From: Escherichia coli
Lineage (GTDB): Bacteria; Pseudomonadota; Gammaproteobacteria; Enterobacterales; Enterobacteriaceae
Length of the DNA stretch: 64,000 bases
Strand: one strand, 5' to 3'
Assembly: GCF_003334385.1 (NCBI RefSeq)
Contig: NZ_QOWN01000014.1
Positions 1-12,761 of this stretch are shown here, piece after piece. The notes beneath the pieces were generated by a model. The model made no database searches. It saw only the letters and a list, made by a program, of their open reading frames with translations, and was not told the origin of the DNA. Position 1 is the stretch's first letter, and the number at the start of each line of letters is the position of its first letter. The translations under genes and the position numbers were made by a program.

Positions 1-1502
1 CATCCCTGGCAATAGCGCACGCCGCGTTTGCGCAGCCAGTTAACCTGCTCCTCAGTTTCGACGCCTTCAGCGATCGTTTTTAACCCCAGGCTGTGCGCCA
101 GCTCGATGATGTGTTCCGCAATCAAATGACTGGTTTTGTGGGTGGTCAGCGTTTCAACAAACGATTTATCGATTTTCAAAATATCGACATTCAATGATTT
201 AAGGTTATGCAAGTTAGAGTAGCCAATACCAAAATCATCAATTGCCACTTCGTAACCAGCCTGGCGGAAAGCCAGAATAATCGGCGTCATTTTTTCGACA
301 TCAAGAAATGCATGCTCAGTCACTTCAAATTTAATTTGCTGCGGACGCACCGCGTATTGCTCTGTTTTCTGATTGATTCGCGCTATCAACCGTGACGTAT
401 GAAAATCGGAGGCCGACAGGTTAATAGAAACATAGCGATCGGCATGTGTTGCCAAGTACGCGCCCAGATCACGGAAGACATTATCAATAACATAATCAGT
501 TATCTGTTCTATCATCCCCTCCTTTTCTGCCAGCGGAATAAACTCTGCCGGATTCATTATTTGCCCCTGCTCACCAAGCCAACGTAACAACGCTTCAGCG
601 CCGATACATTTTTCTGTTTTGATATCGATTATTGGCTGGTAATAAAGACAAAGTTGATGTTTTTCGAGGGCGCGTTGCAATTTACGTTTGGGAGATAAAT
701 AGTTTTGTCGAATACGTAGCCAGAGTAATAGCAGAACAAGACTCCCCAAAATACCGGCGGGCAACGCAAAAATAAGATGATTATAAAAATGGGTTATAAG
801 ACGTTGATATGAAGTCGCAACAATGGCTGCAATTGGGCGTTTTGTCGAATAAACTGTCGCATATAAATAGCCATTTCTTTGTACGGTTAAATCCTTCAAA
901 TGAATCAGCGGAGAAAACGTTGCTGCCGAGGCCTCTTTGCTTAACGAGAAAAAGGTTTTCGTCACCGTATCATACACACCCCATTGCAATGTCGGATCAT
1001 CAGACATCACTTCACTCCAGAAGAGAGGGTTGATAACTGCCACATAATTTCCCCGCTGCATATAGGTCATTTTATAGCCAGAGAAAAAAGGCGTATCGCG
1101 GTAATAATAGATAGAAACGTTAGGTTCACGCTTATAATCGGCCGGTGCAATCGTATAGCCGTTTACAGGCGCTATCAGCGATGAGCATAAAAAATGGTTA
1201 TCACGGGCATAGATCAATTCATTAATATAAAGATAGCCACGAATAATATTCAACATTCGCTTTTGATGGGCTGGAGTGCAAACTTGCCCCTGATAGCGTT
1301 CAGCTGCATCGCTCACTAAATCTGCCTGGCGAATGACCAGCTCGGATTTATCCAGTGCCAGTTGAGCAAAGGTTCGGAGCTGATTATTCACTTCTGATTT
1401 TGCCCAAAGGAAGGCAATCCATAGCGAAAGAATGATGGGAAAGAGAACTAAAAAGATAATGCCCGGCAACGCCAGTAATTGGTGTCGTGCACGATGACTC
1501 AT
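1..1502 (-). CDS. pdeC: cyclic-di-GMP phosphodiesterase PdeC/YjcC (EAL domain); 3' end cut by window edge
   Basis: Minus-strand frame open from position 1 to ATG at 1500-1502 (N-term MSHRARHQ); the last visible codons translate to [20 protein letters not shown], typical of an EAL domain; synteny next to yjcB-ssb-uvrA. Confidence 0.8.
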
Positions 1503-1931
1503 TGCTATCAATTTCCTGCCTGTTTATACCCGGCCATTGCAAGGTGAAAACCCTGGGTACCGACGTCTTTAGATAAATCTTACGGTATAAATAGCACTTT
1601 TGCCTGATTTGAAATTGATACCTTTCTAATCGTCACCTGGATGAAAATAATTCATTGATATTCAAAATTAATTTCCTACAGGAATGCAGAGGCGGCGGGA
1701 AGATATGCCCTTAATGCCACTGAAAAACCACATAATCTGTACAGCAATAAAAGTCACGGCCTAATATGGCTAACAAACAATCAATTGTGATATAGTTCAC
1801 AAAATTAATGAAACAAACAGAGTGTTTCATTTTTGTGTTCTGCAAGCCCCGCGATAGCCAGAGTGTACCACGCCTCCCGTGAACAACGCCGCGCTGTCCA
1901 GGGCATCGGCTCTTTTCAGAGGAATTGTTTG

Positions 1932-2213
1932 ATGGCTACCCTCACCACTGGCGTGGTTCTTCTTCGCTGGCAACTTCTTAGTGCCGTAATGATGTTTCTG
2001 GCCAGCACACTCAACATCCGTTTTCGTCGGTCTGATTATGTCGGGCTTGCGGTGATCAGCAGCGGTCTGGGCGTTGTTTCCGCCTGTTGGTTCGCAATGG
2101 GGTTGCTTGGCATCACAATGGCGGACATCACCGCTATCTGGCACAACATCGAGTCGGTGATGATAGAAGAGATGAATCAGACACCGCCACAATGGCCAAT
2201 GATTTTGACCTGA
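1932..2213 (+). CDS. yjcB: small membrane protein YjcB (93 aa)
   Basis: Internal Met (MATLTTGVV...) of ORF 1833..2213 gives a 93-aa hydrophobic protein; position between pdeC and ssb. Confidence 0.6.
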   Translation: MATLTTGVVLLRWQLLSAVMMFLASTLNIRFRRSDYVGLAVISSGLGVVSACWFAMGLLGITMADITAIWHNIESVMIEEMNQTPPQWPMILT

Positions 2214-2220
2214 TACGTAG

Positions 2221-2248
2221 AAGCCTCCATAACGGAGGCTTCTTTTTT
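2221..2248 (+). terminator. rho-independent terminator after yjcB (hairpin aagcctccataacggaggctt + T-tract)
   Basis: GC-rich inverted repeat followed by TTTTTT directly after the yjcB stop. Confidence 0.55.
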
Positions 2249-2311
2249 ATGGCTGGCAGATGCTTTAATCATCCACCTTAAAACAATATAACCTATTGTT
2301 TTAATGACAAA

Positions 2312-2848
2312 TCAGAACGGAATGTCATCATCAAAGTCCATCGGCGGCTCGTTAGACGGCGCTGCCGGAGCGGACTGCTGCGGGCGAGACTGCGCGCCGC
2401 CGCTGAACTGATTGCCACCCTGCGGCTGCTGAGGCTGACCCCAACCGCCCTGCGGCTGACCACCACCGATATTGCCACCTGCCGGAGCGCCACCACCCTG
2501 ACGACCACCCAGCATCTGCATGGTGCCGCCAACGTTCACCACGACTTCTGTGGTGTAGCGATCCTGACCGGATTGATCGGTCCATTTACGGGTACGCAGC
2601 TGACCTTCGATATAAACCTGAGAACCTTTACGCAGATATTCGCTGGCCACTTCTGCCAGTTTGCCGAACAGCACAACGCGGTGCCATTCAGTCTGTTCTT
2701 TCATCTCGCCGGTCGCTTTATCACGCCAGGATTCGGAAGTAGCCAGCGTAATGTTGGCAACTGCGCCACCATTTGGCATGTAGCGTACTTCCGGGTCCTG
2801 ACCCAGATTACCAACGAGAATAACCTTGTTTACGCCTCTGCTGGCCAT
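2312..2848 (-). CDS. ssb: single-stranded DNA-binding protein SSB (178 aa)
   Basis: Translation [28 protein letters not shown]... with Gly/Gln-rich tail and C-terminal DDDIPF; ORF-track start trimmed to the Met giving 178 aa. Confidence 0.96.
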   Translation of the reverse strand: MASRGVNKVILVGNLGQDPEVRYMPNGGAVANITLATSESWRDKATGEMKEQTEWHRVVLFGKLAEVASEYLRKGSQVYIEGQLRTRKWTDQSGQDRYTTEVVVNVGGTMQMLGGRQGGGAPAGGNIGGGQPQGGWGQPQQPQGGNQFSGGAQSRPQQSAPAAPSNEPPMDFDDDIPF

Positions 2849-3000
2849 GTTCGTGTCTCCTGAAAAAAATCGTTCTGAATAAGTGTAAACGCGCGATTGT
2901 ACCATTACCAATAGCGCTTTTACTATGTTGTGACCTCGGTTCCGGGAAACAAACCTGGCCAGACATTGTTACACAACACTCCGGGTAATGCATTCCAATA

Positions 3001-3016
3001 CTGTATATTCATTCAG
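3001..3016. promoter_or_regulatory. LexA (SOS) box CTGTATATTCATTCAG in ssb-uvrA divergent promoter region
   Basis: Exact CTGT-N8-ACAG-type palindrome-like motif about 85 bp upstream of the uvrA start. Confidence 0.8.
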
Positions 3017-3101
3017 GTCAATTTGTGTCATAATTAACCGTTTGTGATCGCCGGTAGCACCATGCCACCGGGCAAAAAAGCGTTTAATCCGGGAAAGGTG
3101 A

Positions 3102-5924
3102 ATGGATAAGATCGAAGTTCGGGGCGCCCGCACCCATAATCTCAAAAACATCAACCTCGTTATCCCCCGCGACAAGCTCATTGTCGTGACCGGGCTTTCG
3201 GGTTCTGGCAAATCCTCGCTCGCTTTCGACACCTTATATGCCGAAGGGCAGCGCCGTTACGTTGAATCCCTTTCCGCCTACGCGCGGCAGTTTCTGTCAC
3301 TGATGGAAAAGCCGGACGTCGATCATATTGAGGGGCTTTCTCCTGCCATCTCAATTGAGCAGAAATCGACGTCTCATAACCCGCGTTCTACGGTGGGGAC
3401 AATCACCGAAATCCACGACTATTTGCGTTTGTTATTCGCCCGCGTTGGCGAGCCGCGCTGTCCGGACCACGACGTCCCGCTGGCGGCGCAAACCGTCAGC
3501 CAGATGGTGGATAACGTGCTGTCGCAGCCGGAAGGCAAGCGTCTGATGCTACTCGCGCCAATCATTAAAGAGCGCAAAGGCGAACACACCAAAACGCTGG
3601 AGAACCTAGCAAGCCAGGGTTACATCCGTGCTCGTATTGATGGCGAAGTCTGCGATCTTTCCGATCCGCCGAAACTGGAACTGCAAAAGAAACATACCAT
3701 TGAAGTGGTGGTTGATCGCTTCAAGGTGCGTGACGATCTTACCCAACGTCTGGCCGAGTCGTTTGAAACCGCGCTAGAGCTTTCCGGTGGTACCGCGGTA
3801 GTGGCGGATATGGACGACCCGAAAGCGGAAGAGCTGCTGTTCTCCGCCAACTTCGCCTGCCCAATTTGCGGTTACAGTATGCGCGAGCTGGAGCCGCGAC
3901 TGTTTTCGTTTAACAACCCGGCGGGGGCCTGCCCGACCTGCGACGGCCTTGGCGTACAGCAATATTTCGATCCTGACCGCGTGATCCAGAATCCGGAACT
4001 GTCGCTGGCAGGTGGTGCGATCCGTGGCTGGGATCGCCGCAACTTCTATTATTTCCAGATGCTGAAATCACTGGCAGATCACTATAAGTTCGACGTCGAA
4101 GCGCCGTGGGGCAGCTTGAGCGCGAACGTGCATAAAGTGGTGTTGTACGGTTCTGGCAAAGAAAACATTGAATTCAAATACATGAACGATCGTGGCGATA
4201 CCTCCATCCGTCGTCATCCGTTCGAAGGCGTGCTGCACAATATGGAGCGCCGTTATAAAGAGACAGAATCCAGTGCGGTACGTGAAGAATTAGCCAAGTT
4301 TATCAGCAATCGCCCATGCGCCAGCTGCGAAGGAACGCGTCTGCGTCGGGAAGCGCGCCACGTGTATGTCGAGAATACGCCGCTGCCCGCCATCTCCGAC
4401 ATGAGCATCGGTCATGCGATGGAATTCTTCAACAATCTCAAACTCGCAGGTCAGCGGGCGAAGATTGCGGAAAAAATTCTTAAAGAGATCGGCGATCGTT
4501 TGAAATTCCTCGTTAACGTCGGCCTGAATTACCTGACGCTTTCCCGCTCGGCAGAAACGCTTTCCGGCGGTGAAGCCCAGCGTATCCGTCTGGCGAGCCA
4601 GATTGGTGCGGGCCTGGTTGGCGTTATGTACGTGCTGGACGAGCCATCTATCGGCCTGCACCAGCGCGATAACGAGCGCCTGTTGGGTACGCTTATCCAT
4701 CTGCGCGATCTCGGTAATACCGTGATTGTGGTGGAGCACGACGAAGACGCGATTCGCGCCGCTGACCATGTGATCGACATTGGCCCGGGCGCAGGTGTTC
4801 ACGGCGGTGAAGTGGTCGCGGAAGGTCCACTGGAAGCAATTATGGCGGTGCCGGAGTCGTTAACCGGACAGTACATGAGCGGTAAACGCAAGATTGAAGT
4901 GCCGAAGAAACGCGTTCCGGCGAATCCGGAAAAAGTGCTGAAGCTGACAGGCGCACGCGGTAATAACCTGAAAGACGTGACGCTGACGCTGCCAGTCGGT
5001 CTGTTTACCTGCATCACAGGGGTTTCAGGTTCCGGTAAATCGACGCTGATTAACGACACACTGTTCCCGATTGCCCAACGCCAGTTGAATGGGGCGACCA
5101 TCGCCGAACCGGCACCGTATCGCGATATTCAGGGACTGGAGCATTTCGACAAAGTGATCGATATCGACCAAAGCCCAATTGGTCGTACTCCGCGTTCTAA
5201 CCCGGCGACCTATACCGGCGTGTTTACGCCTGTGCGCGAACTGTTTGCGGGCGTACCGGAATCCCGTGCGCGCGGCTATACGCCGGGACGTTTCAGCTTT
5301 AACGTTCGTGGCGGACGCTGCGAGGCCTGTCAGGGCGATGGCGTGATCAAAGTGGAGATGCACTTCCTGCCGGATATCTACGTGCCGTGCGACCAGTGCA
5401 AAGGTAAACGCTATAACCGTGAAACGCTGGAGATTAAGTACAAAGGCAAAACCATCCACGAAGTGCTGGATATGACCATCGAAGAGGCGCGTGAGTTCTT
5501 TGATGCCGTACCTGCACTGGCGCGTAAGCTGCAAACGTTGATGGACGTTGGCCTGACGTACATTCGACTGGGGCAGTCCGCAACCACCCTTTCAGGCGGT
5601 GAAGCCCAGCGCGTGAAGCTGGCGCGTGAACTGTCAAAACGCGGCACCGGGCAGACGCTGTATATTCTCGACGAGCCGACCACCGGTCTGCACTTCGCCG
5701 ATATTCAGCAACTGCTCGACGTACTGCATAAACTGCGCGATCAGGGCAACACCATTGTGGTGATTGAGCACAATCTCGACGTGATCAAAACCGCTGACTG
5801 GATTGTCGACCTGGGACCAGAAGGCGGCAGTGGTGGCGGCGAGATCCTCGTCTCCGGTACGCCAGAAACCGTCGCGGAGTGCGAAGCATCACACACGGCA
5901 CGCTTCCTTAAGCCGATGCTGTAA
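3102..5924 (+). CDS. uvrA: excinuclease ABC subunit A UvrA (940 aa)
   Basis: 940-aa ORF with two ABC ATPase modules ([12 protein letters not shown] and [10 protein letters not shown] Walker A motifs, two LSGGE signatures) and Zn-finger cysteines. Confidence 0.97.
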   Translation: MDKIEVRGARTHNLKNINLVIPRDKLIVVTGLSGSGKSSLAFDTLYAEGQRRYVESLSAYARQFLSLMEKPDVDHIEGLSPAISIEQKSTSHNPRSTVGTITEIHDYLRLLFARVGEPRCPDHDVPLAAQTVSQMVDNVLSQPEGKRLMLLAPIIKERKGEHTKTLENLASQGYIRARIDGEVCDLSDPPKLELQKKHTIEVVVDRFKVRDDLTQRLAESFETALELSGGTAVVADMDDPKAEELLFSANFACPICGYSMRELEPRLFSFNNPAGACPTCDGLGVQQYFDPDRVIQNPELSLAGGAIRGWDRRNFYYFQMLKSLADHYKFDVEAPWGSLSANVHKVVLYGSGKENIEFKYMNDRGDTSIRRHPFEGVLHNMERRYKETESSAVREELAKFISNRPCASCEGTRLRREARHVYVENTPLPAISDMSIGHAMEFFNNLKLAGQRAKIAEKILKEIGDRLKFLVNVGLNYLTLSRSAETLSGGEAQRIRLASQIGAGLVGVMYVLDEPSIGLHQRDNERLLGTLIHLRDLGNTVIVVEHDEDAIRAADHVIDIGPGAGVHGGEVVAEGPLEAIMAVPESLTGQYMSGKRKIEVPKKRVPANPEKVLKLTGARGNNLKDVTLTLPVGLFTCITGVSGSGKSTLINDTLFPIAQRQLNGATIAEPAPYRDIQGLEHFDKVIDIDQSPIGRTPRSNPATYTGVFTPVRELFAGVPESRARGYTPGRFSFNVRGGRCEACQGDGVIKVEMHFLPDIYVPCDQCKGKRYNRETLEIKYKGKTIHEVLDMTIEEAREFFDAVPALARKLQTLMDVGLTYIRLGQSATTLSGGEAQRVKLARELSKRGTGQTLYILDEPTTGLHFADIQQLLDVLHKLRDQGNTIVVIEHNLDVIKTADWIVDLGPEGGSGGGEILVSGTPETVAECEASHTARFLKPML

Positions 5925-5929
5925 TCGTT

Positions 5930-5957
5930 AAGGCCGCTTTCTGAGCGGCCTTTTCCT
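5930..5957. terminator. rho-independent terminator after uvrA (aaggccgctttctgagcggcctttt)
   Basis: Stem-loop plus T-tract immediately after the uvrA stop, between convergent uvrA and yjbR. Confidence 0.6.
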
Positions 5958-5958
5958 T

Positions 5959-6315
5959 TCAGAGTTGCACCAGCAATTTACGTTTTTCTTCCGGCAGTAA
6001 ATTCACCGCCTGCTGATAAGACGCATCCACCAGATAATAGATTTGCGAATCTGGCAGCGAACCGTCGAGATACACGGTGCTCCAGTGCGCTTTATTCAGA
6101 TGGCGGCTTGGACGCACATCGCTGTGCTGCTGACGTAGCAGCTCCGCCAGCTCCGGGCTGGTTTTCAGCGAAACAGCTGGGCGATTTTCTACTTCTTTCA
6201 CCATCGCAAACAGTACATCTTCCACTTTGATCTGCGTCGCTTTCCAGTCGTTATGCACGCTCTGTTCTGCGCCTGGTTTTGCCATGCAATATTGTAGCAA
6301 CTCCGAAATGGTCAT
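5959..6315 (-). CDS. yjbR: uncharacterized protein YjbR (118 aa)
   Basis: 118-aa ORF; synteny uvrA-yjbR-yjbQ-aphA. Confidence 0.8.
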   Translation of the reverse strand: MTISELLQYCMAKPGAEQSVHNDWKATQIKVEDVLFAMVKEVENRPAVSLKTSPELAELLRQQHSDVRPSRHLNKAHWSTVYLDGSLPDSQIYYLVDASYQQAVNLLPEEKRKLLVQL

Positions 6316-6318
6316 TTT

Positions 6319-6735
6319 TTACTCCCCTTGTAGTGTCGCGATGATGCGACGCGATCCGCCGTGGATGCGATGTTCCCCCAGCCAAATGCCTTGCCAGGTG
6401 CCGGTCTGAATACGCCCTTTATGCACCGGCAATACAAGCGATGTTCCCAGCATTGAGGATTTGATATGAGAAGGCATATCGTCTGCTCCCTCATAGTCAT
6501 GCTCATAATTTCCGTTGTCGGGAACGGTGCGGAGGAAAAAACGCTCCATGTCGTGGCGTACGGTGGGATCGCAGTTCTCATTAAGTGTCAGAGAGGCGGA
6601 GGTATGTTGCAGCAACAGATGCAGTAAGCCGATGTTAACGCGCGGCATATCAGCCAGCTGATTCAGAATTTCATCCGTTACCAGATGAAACCCACGAGAT
6701 TTGGCGCTAAGCGTGAGCGTCTTTTGATACCACAT
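6319..6735 (-). CDS. yjbQ: UPF0047-family protein YjbQ (138 aa)
   Basis: 138-aa ORF immediately upstream of yjbR on the same strand (3-nt spacing). Confidence 0.8.
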
Positions 6736-6845
6736 GTGCTGCTCCTTGATAAAACTCTCTTAATCAGTTTGCAGCAAGACAGCGAAAGGATAAAGGTGTG
6801 ATTAAAAAAACAGCATTCGGGAGAGCATCACGCTCTCCCGCTCTG

Positions 6846-7838
<993 letters not shown>

Positions 7839-7960
7839 TTAATGAACTTAATGATACAGCATTACAAAAACAATCGAAGTTTATAAAGATGATTCCTGAT
7901 TGACCAGAACCCTATCCTACAATGGTGACTAATTTTATTACTCCCGATGGAGATGATGAT

Positions 7961-8347
7961 ATGAATATATCATATGTGAATAGCAACAAAACGACATCTT
8001 TACCTGTTGAGCTAGATGCACTAAATAATAAAGATACCTCTTATGCCAAAGATTTTTCTTATGCTAAAGATTTCTTTTTATACATAGAAACACAGTTAAA
8101 AATTGCAAAAGATTTTTGTAGACCTGGAGAAGAAGTATCAAGTTCTATTGCAAGTAAAGTTTTTCACGCATTTATTGATTTAGTTAACAAAATCAGGGGT
8201 AAGAAAGACTTTATGTATATTTGCACGCTTTGCTGTTTTGCCGAGGAGGTTAAAGGTGATTATTCTCATTACAGGACCTTTTTATTTGATATTGGTAATC
8301 AATATAAGGTTAAACTTACACAAAGCGGAAAAAATAGCTCTCTTTAA
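7961..8347 (+). CDS. hypothetical protein in AT-rich aphA-tyrB spacer (yjbS locus); start uncertain (alternative ATG at 7922)
   Basis: Open frame in a markedly AT-rich segment; GGAG 8 nt upstream of ATG 7961; contains a tandem 18-bp repeat encoding SYAKDF-SYAKDF; no recognisable domain. Confidence 0.3.
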   Translation: MNISYVNSNKTTSLPVELDALNNKDTSYAKDFSYAKDFFLYIETQLKIAKDFCRPGEEVSSSIASKVFHAFIDLVNKIRGKKDFMYICTLCCFAEEVKGDYSHYRTFLFDIGNQYKVKLTQSGKNSSL

Positions 8348-8685
8348 CATTAGAATTTAACGATACTATAATTGAATCTCAGAAAGTCACAGGTAATAAG
8401 GCAAAGCATATTCTTGAGGATATAGAAATATTCTATCGTAACAAACCCGATACTTATTATTAAATTTAATAATGGTTAGATGTGCAGAAATTATTACTCC
8501 ACACGAAAAAATAGGGAAAGGAATTCCAGATAATTGGGATAAACTTAACAATAAAAGAACTGACAACGTTTTATTATCTCTCACGTAGAACAACGGCATC
8601 AAAAAAATCATCTACAAAGAAATAGTGAAAGCGACGACAGTTTAATTTCACTGCAGGCTGGGTAACTCCAGCCTGCTTTCCTGCA

Positions 8686-9879
8686 TTACATCACCGCAGC
8701 AAACGCCTTTGCCACACGTTGTACATTTGCCGTATTTAACCCGGCGACACACATGCGACCGCTGGCGATGAGATAGACACCAAATTCTTCACGTAGTCGG
8801 TCAACCTGAGCGGCACTTAAACCGGTATAACTGAACATGCCGCGCTGATTAAGCAGATAATCGAAATTGCGTTCTGGCATCTCTGTGCTTAATACCTTCA
8901 CCAATTCCTGACGCATTGCCAGAATGCGAGTACGCATCTCTTCTACTTCCGCCAGCCAGCTGGCTTTCAATGCCTCGTCATTCAGCACTGCAGCCACCAC
9001 CTGCGCACCAAAATTCGGCGGGCTGGAGTAGTTGCGGCGAACTGTTGCTTTCAATTGCCCCAGTACGCGGCCAGCGGCTTCGGCATCTTCACACATAACA
9101 GAAAGTCCGCCGACGCGCTCGCCGTAAAGGGAGAAAATTTTCGAGAACGAATTGCTCACCAGAGCGGGTAATCCAGCGCTGGCAATGGCGCGAATAGCGT
9201 AGGCATCCTCTTCCATACCGGCACCAAATCCTTGATAGGCAATATCGAGGAATGGAATAAGCTCGCGGGCTTTGAGAATTTCAATCACCGCATCCCACTG
9301 ATCATTAGTGAGATCGGCACCCGTTGGGTTGTGGCAACATGGATGCAGCAACACAATACTGCGGGCAGGTAATGTTTTCAGCGTCGCCAACAGGTCATTA
9401 AAGCGCACGCCGTTAGTCGCTTCGTCATACCAGGGGTAAGTACTCACTTCGAATCCAGCCCCGGCGAATATTGCTACGTGGTTTTCCCAGGTAGGATCGC
9501 TGACCCAGACGCCTGATTCCGGGAAGTAGCGTTTCAGGAAATCCGCGCCCACTTTCAATGCCCCGGAGCCGCCAAGGGTTTGAATGGTTGCTACGCGCTG
9601 TTGTTTCAGTACCGGATGGTCCGCACCAAACAGCAGCGGCGCAATGGCATGGCGATAGCTGTTAAGCCCTTCCATCGGTAAATAAAGCGAAGCGCCATGA
9701 GGCTGCGCATTCAGGCGCGCTTCCGCCTCCGCCACGGCTTGCAGTTGTGGAATAATTCCGTCTTCGTTGTAGTACAGACCGATACTTAAATTCACTTTGT
9801 CGCTGCGAGGGTCTTCTTTAAAACGCTCCATAAGCGTAAGAATCGGGTCGCCAGCGTAGGCGTCAACTTTTTGAAACAC
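8686..9879 (-). CDS. tyrB: aromatic-amino-acid aminotransferase TyrB (397 aa, GTG start)
   Basis: [14 protein letters not shown]... aminotransferase class I sequence with the [17 protein letters not shown]-lysine region; 397 aa from the GTG. Confidence 0.93.
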   Translation of the reverse strand: MFQKVDAYAGDPILTLMERFKEDPRSDKVNLSIGLYYNEDGIIPQLQAVAEAEARLNAQPHGASLYLPMEGLNSYRHAIAPLLFGADHPVLKQQRVATIQTLGGSGALKVGADFLKRYFPESGVWVSDPTWENHVAIFAGAGFEVSTYPWYDEATNGVRFNDLLATLKTLPARSIVLLHPCCHNPTGADLTNDQWDAVIEILKARELIPFLDIAYQGFGAGMEEDAYAIRAIASAGLPALVSNSFSKIFSLYGERVGGLSVMCEDAEAAGRVLGQLKATVRRNYSSPPNFGAQVVAAVLNDEALKASWLAEVEEMRTRILAMRQELVKVLSTEMPERNFDYLLNQRGMFSYTGLSAAQVDRLREEFGVYLIASGRMCVAGLNTANVQRVAKAFAAVM

Positions 9880-10074
9880 GCGATGGTTCTCCAGGTTTAC
9901 GGGCAGGTGGTTAAAACACAATAAACCGGAAGAAGGCGAAGATCGAGTGGATGTTCAGGAGCGAACGGCAATTAGCAACAGAGTGAGACTCATGACAAAC
10001 GTACATCCGCCAGAGGCACGACCTTTATAAGAGCATGAAAGAACATCAACTTATTGAATTTTTAGGATTTTATT

Positions 10075-10106
10075 GGCCGGATAAGGCATTCACGCCGCAT
10101 CCGGCA
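10075..10106. repeat. REP element (gccggataaggcattcacgccgcatccggca)
   Basis: Canonical E. coli REP palindrome between alr and tyrB. Confidence 0.7.
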
Positions 10107-10131
10107 CAGACAATCAAATATTACAGAACGA

Positions 10132-11211
10132 TTAATCCACGTATTTCATCGCGACCCTTGAAGTCAGGCGCGTAATAAGTTCGTAAGCGCTTACTTTCGT
10201 CATTTCAGCGATACGTTCTACGGGCAAACCTTCGCCCCATAAAATGACCGGATCCCCGGCTTTGTCCTGCGCCTGTGGACCTAAGTCTACGCAGATCATA
10301 TCCATCGCCACGCGCCCGACAATCGGTACTTCGCGACCGTTCACCAGCACTGGCGTACCGGACGGCGCGGCGCGCGGATAACCATCGCCATAGCCCATCG
10401 CGACTACGCCAAGACGGGTATCACGTTCGCTTACCCAGGTTCCACCATAACCAACAGGTTCTCCGGCTTTATGCTCACGCACGGCAATCAGGCTGGAGGT
10501 TAGTGACATCACTGGCTGACAGCCAAAATCGGCACCGGTGGAGCGATCTTCCAGCGGCGAGACGCCATAAAGAATGATGCCCGGGCGCACCCAGTCAAAA
10601 TGCGACTGTGGCCACAGCAGAATGCCACCCGATGCGGCAATGGAACGTTGACCAGGTTTGCCTTCGCAAAAGGTATTAAAGATAGCGAGTTGTTTCTCGG
10701 TTGCGCCACATTTTGGTTCATCCGCGCGCGCAAAATGGCTGACGATATTCACCGGCTGACGAACGTTTTTGCACTGGGTCAGGCGATGATAAAACGCCTC
10801 AGCCTGTTCCGGCCTTACGCCCAGACGGTGCATACCGGTATCGAGTTTCATCCAGACGGTAACCGGCTCGTCCAGGCTAGCCTCTTCCAGCGCAGCCAGC
10901 TGTTCTTCGTTATGCACGGCGGTATGAAAATGTTGCGCAGAAATCGTCGGCAGATCTCTGGCATCAAAAAAGCCTTCGAGTAACAGTACAGGTTTGGTGA
11001 TTCCCCCCGCACGCAGTCGCAGAGCTTCTTCGAGACGGGCTACGCCAAAGGCGTCAGCATCGGGGAGCGTTCGCGCGGTCTCAAGAAGACCGTGACCATA
11101 AGCGTTCGCTTTCACCACCGCAACCATTTTACTGGCAGGGGCCAGTTCACGAAGACGTTGCAGGTTGTGTCGCAGAGCGCGGCGGTTAATCACAACAGTT
11201 GCCGCTTGCAT
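10132..11211 (-). CDS. alr: alanine racemase Alr (359 aa)
   Basis: 359-aa ORF with the [13 protein letters not shown]-binding motif; immediately downstream of dnaB. Confidence 0.95.
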
Positions 11212-11263
11212 TTGTGTTCCTTGATAAGTGTTTGCTTTAATTACCTAATTCATAAAATAATTA

Positions 11264-12679
11264 TTATTCGTCGTCGTACTGCGGCCCCGCATAGTTGTCG
11301 AAGCGCGACCATTGACCGTTAAAGGTCAGGCGTACCGTCCCGATTGGGCCGTTACGTTGTTTACCGATAATAATTTCCGCGATGCCTTTTAAATCACTGT
11401 TTTCGTGATACACCTCATCACGATAGATAAACATGATCAAGTCCGCATCCTGCTCGATAGAGCCAGATTCACGCAGGTCGGAGTTGACCGGGCGTTTGTC
11501 GGCACGTTGTTCCAGAGAACGGTTCAACTGGGACAGCGCCACCACCGGCACGTTCAGTTCTTTCGCCAGTGCTTTCAGCGAGCGAGAGATTTCTGCAATT
11601 TCCAGCGTACGGTTATCGGAAAGCGCCGGTACGCGCATCAGTTGCAGGTAGTCGATCATGATAAGCCCGATGCCGCCGTGTTCACGGGCAATACGGCGTG
11701 CGCGGGAACGCACTTCCGTTGGCGTCAGGCCGGAGGAGTCATCGATATAGATATTGCGTTTTTCGAGCAAAATACCCATGGTGCCGGAAATGCGCGCCCA
11801 GTCTTCATCATCGAGCTGCCCGGTACGGATTTTAGTCTGGTCAACGCGCGACAGCGACGCCAGAGAACGCATCATAATCTGTTCTGAAGGCATCTCCAGC
11901 GAGAAGATAAGTACTGGTTTATCCTGCAACATCGCCGCGTTTTCGACGAGGTTCATCGCAAATGTTGTTTTACCCATCGACGGACGCGCGGCGACGATGA
12001 TCAAATCCGACGGCTGCAAGCCAGCGGTTTTTTTGTTGAGATCGTCATAACCGGTGTTTACTCCGGTAACGCCATCGTGTGGCTGCTGAAACAACTGCTC
12101 AATACGCGCCACGGTTGCGTCGAGCACATCGGCGATGTTCTTCGGCCCTTCGTCTTTGTTTGCACGACTTTCGGCAATTTTAAAGACGCGGGATTCAGCA
12201 AGGTCCAGCAGATCTTCGCTGGTACGCCCCTGCGGATCAAAACCGGCTTCAGCAATCTCATTCGCAACCGAGATCATCTCACGGACAACGGCACGTTCAC
12301 GCACGATGTCAGCATAAGCACTGATGTTCGCCGCACTTGGCGTATTTTTTGACAGCTCTGCCAGATAAGCAAAACCACCGACGCTATCGAGTTGCCCCTG
12401 GCGTTCCAGCGATTCCGCAAGAGTAATTAGATCGATAGGGCTACCGCTTTCCTGCAAACGCGCCATTTCAGTAAAGATATGACGGTGTGGGCGGGTGTAA
12501 AAATCGTCTGCTACCACACGCTCGGCTACATCATCCCAGCGTTCGTTATCTAGCATTAAACCGCCCAACACCGACTGCTCCGCTTCGATCGAGTGCGGAG
12601 GCACTTTCAGCCCGGCAACTTGTGGATCGCGTTCGCGGGGTTCAGCCTGCTGTTTGTTGAAGGGTTTATTTCCTGCCAT
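11264..12679 (-). CDS. dnaB: replicative DNA helicase DnaB (471 aa)
   Basis: 471-aa ORF, N-term MAGNKPFNKQQAEPRERDPQVAGLKVPPHSIEAEQSVLGG, Walker A AARPSMGKTTFA. Confidence 0.97.
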   Translation of the reverse strand: MAGNKPFNKQQAEPRERDPQVAGLKVPPHSIEAEQSVLGGLMLDNERWDDVAERVVADDFYTRPHRHIFTEMARLQESGSPIDLITLAESLERQGQLDSVGGFAYLAELSKNTPSAANISAYADIVRERAVVREMISVANEIAEAGFDPQGRTSEDLLDLAESRVFKIAESRANKDEGPKNIADVLDATVARIEQLFQQPHDGVTGVNTGYDDLNKKTAGLQPSDLIIVAARPSMGKTTFAMNLVENAAMLQDKPVLIFSLEMPSEQIMMRSLASLSRVDQTKIRTGQLDDEDWARISGTMGILLEKRNIYIDDSSGLTPTEVRSRARRIAREHGGIGLIMIDYLQLMRVPALSDNRTLEIAEISRSLKALAKELNVPVVALSQLNRSLEQRADKRPVNSDLRESGSIEQDADLIMFIYRDEVYHENSDLKGIAEIIIGKQRNGPIGTVRLTFNGQWSRFDNYAGPQYDDE

Positions 12680-12761
12680 AGTGAATGGAGTTACCGAGAT
12701 AAAGAATGGGTCGAAACTTTACCATATGAAGCAGACCCTGACGATACGTTCTGGAGGACAC

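Noticed and set aside
2849-2911. N-terminal extension of the ssb ORF ([21 protein letters not shown]-)
   Set aside because: The extension runs into the promoter/LexA-box region and gives the wrong length; the Met preceding ASRGVNKV gives the canonical 178-aa SSB.
4290-5683. Several minus-strand ORFs of 67-170 aa inside uvrA, and similar antisense ORFs inside plsB, metH, aceB, lamB and yjbH
   Set aside because: Entirely nested antisense to long, well-supported genes in GC-rich sequence; typical shadow ORFs without start context.
8387-8611. 74-aa minus-strand ORF in the aphA-tyrB spacer
   Set aside because: AT-rich sequence generates random open frames; no start context or motif; kept only the better-supported plus-strand candidate at low confidence.
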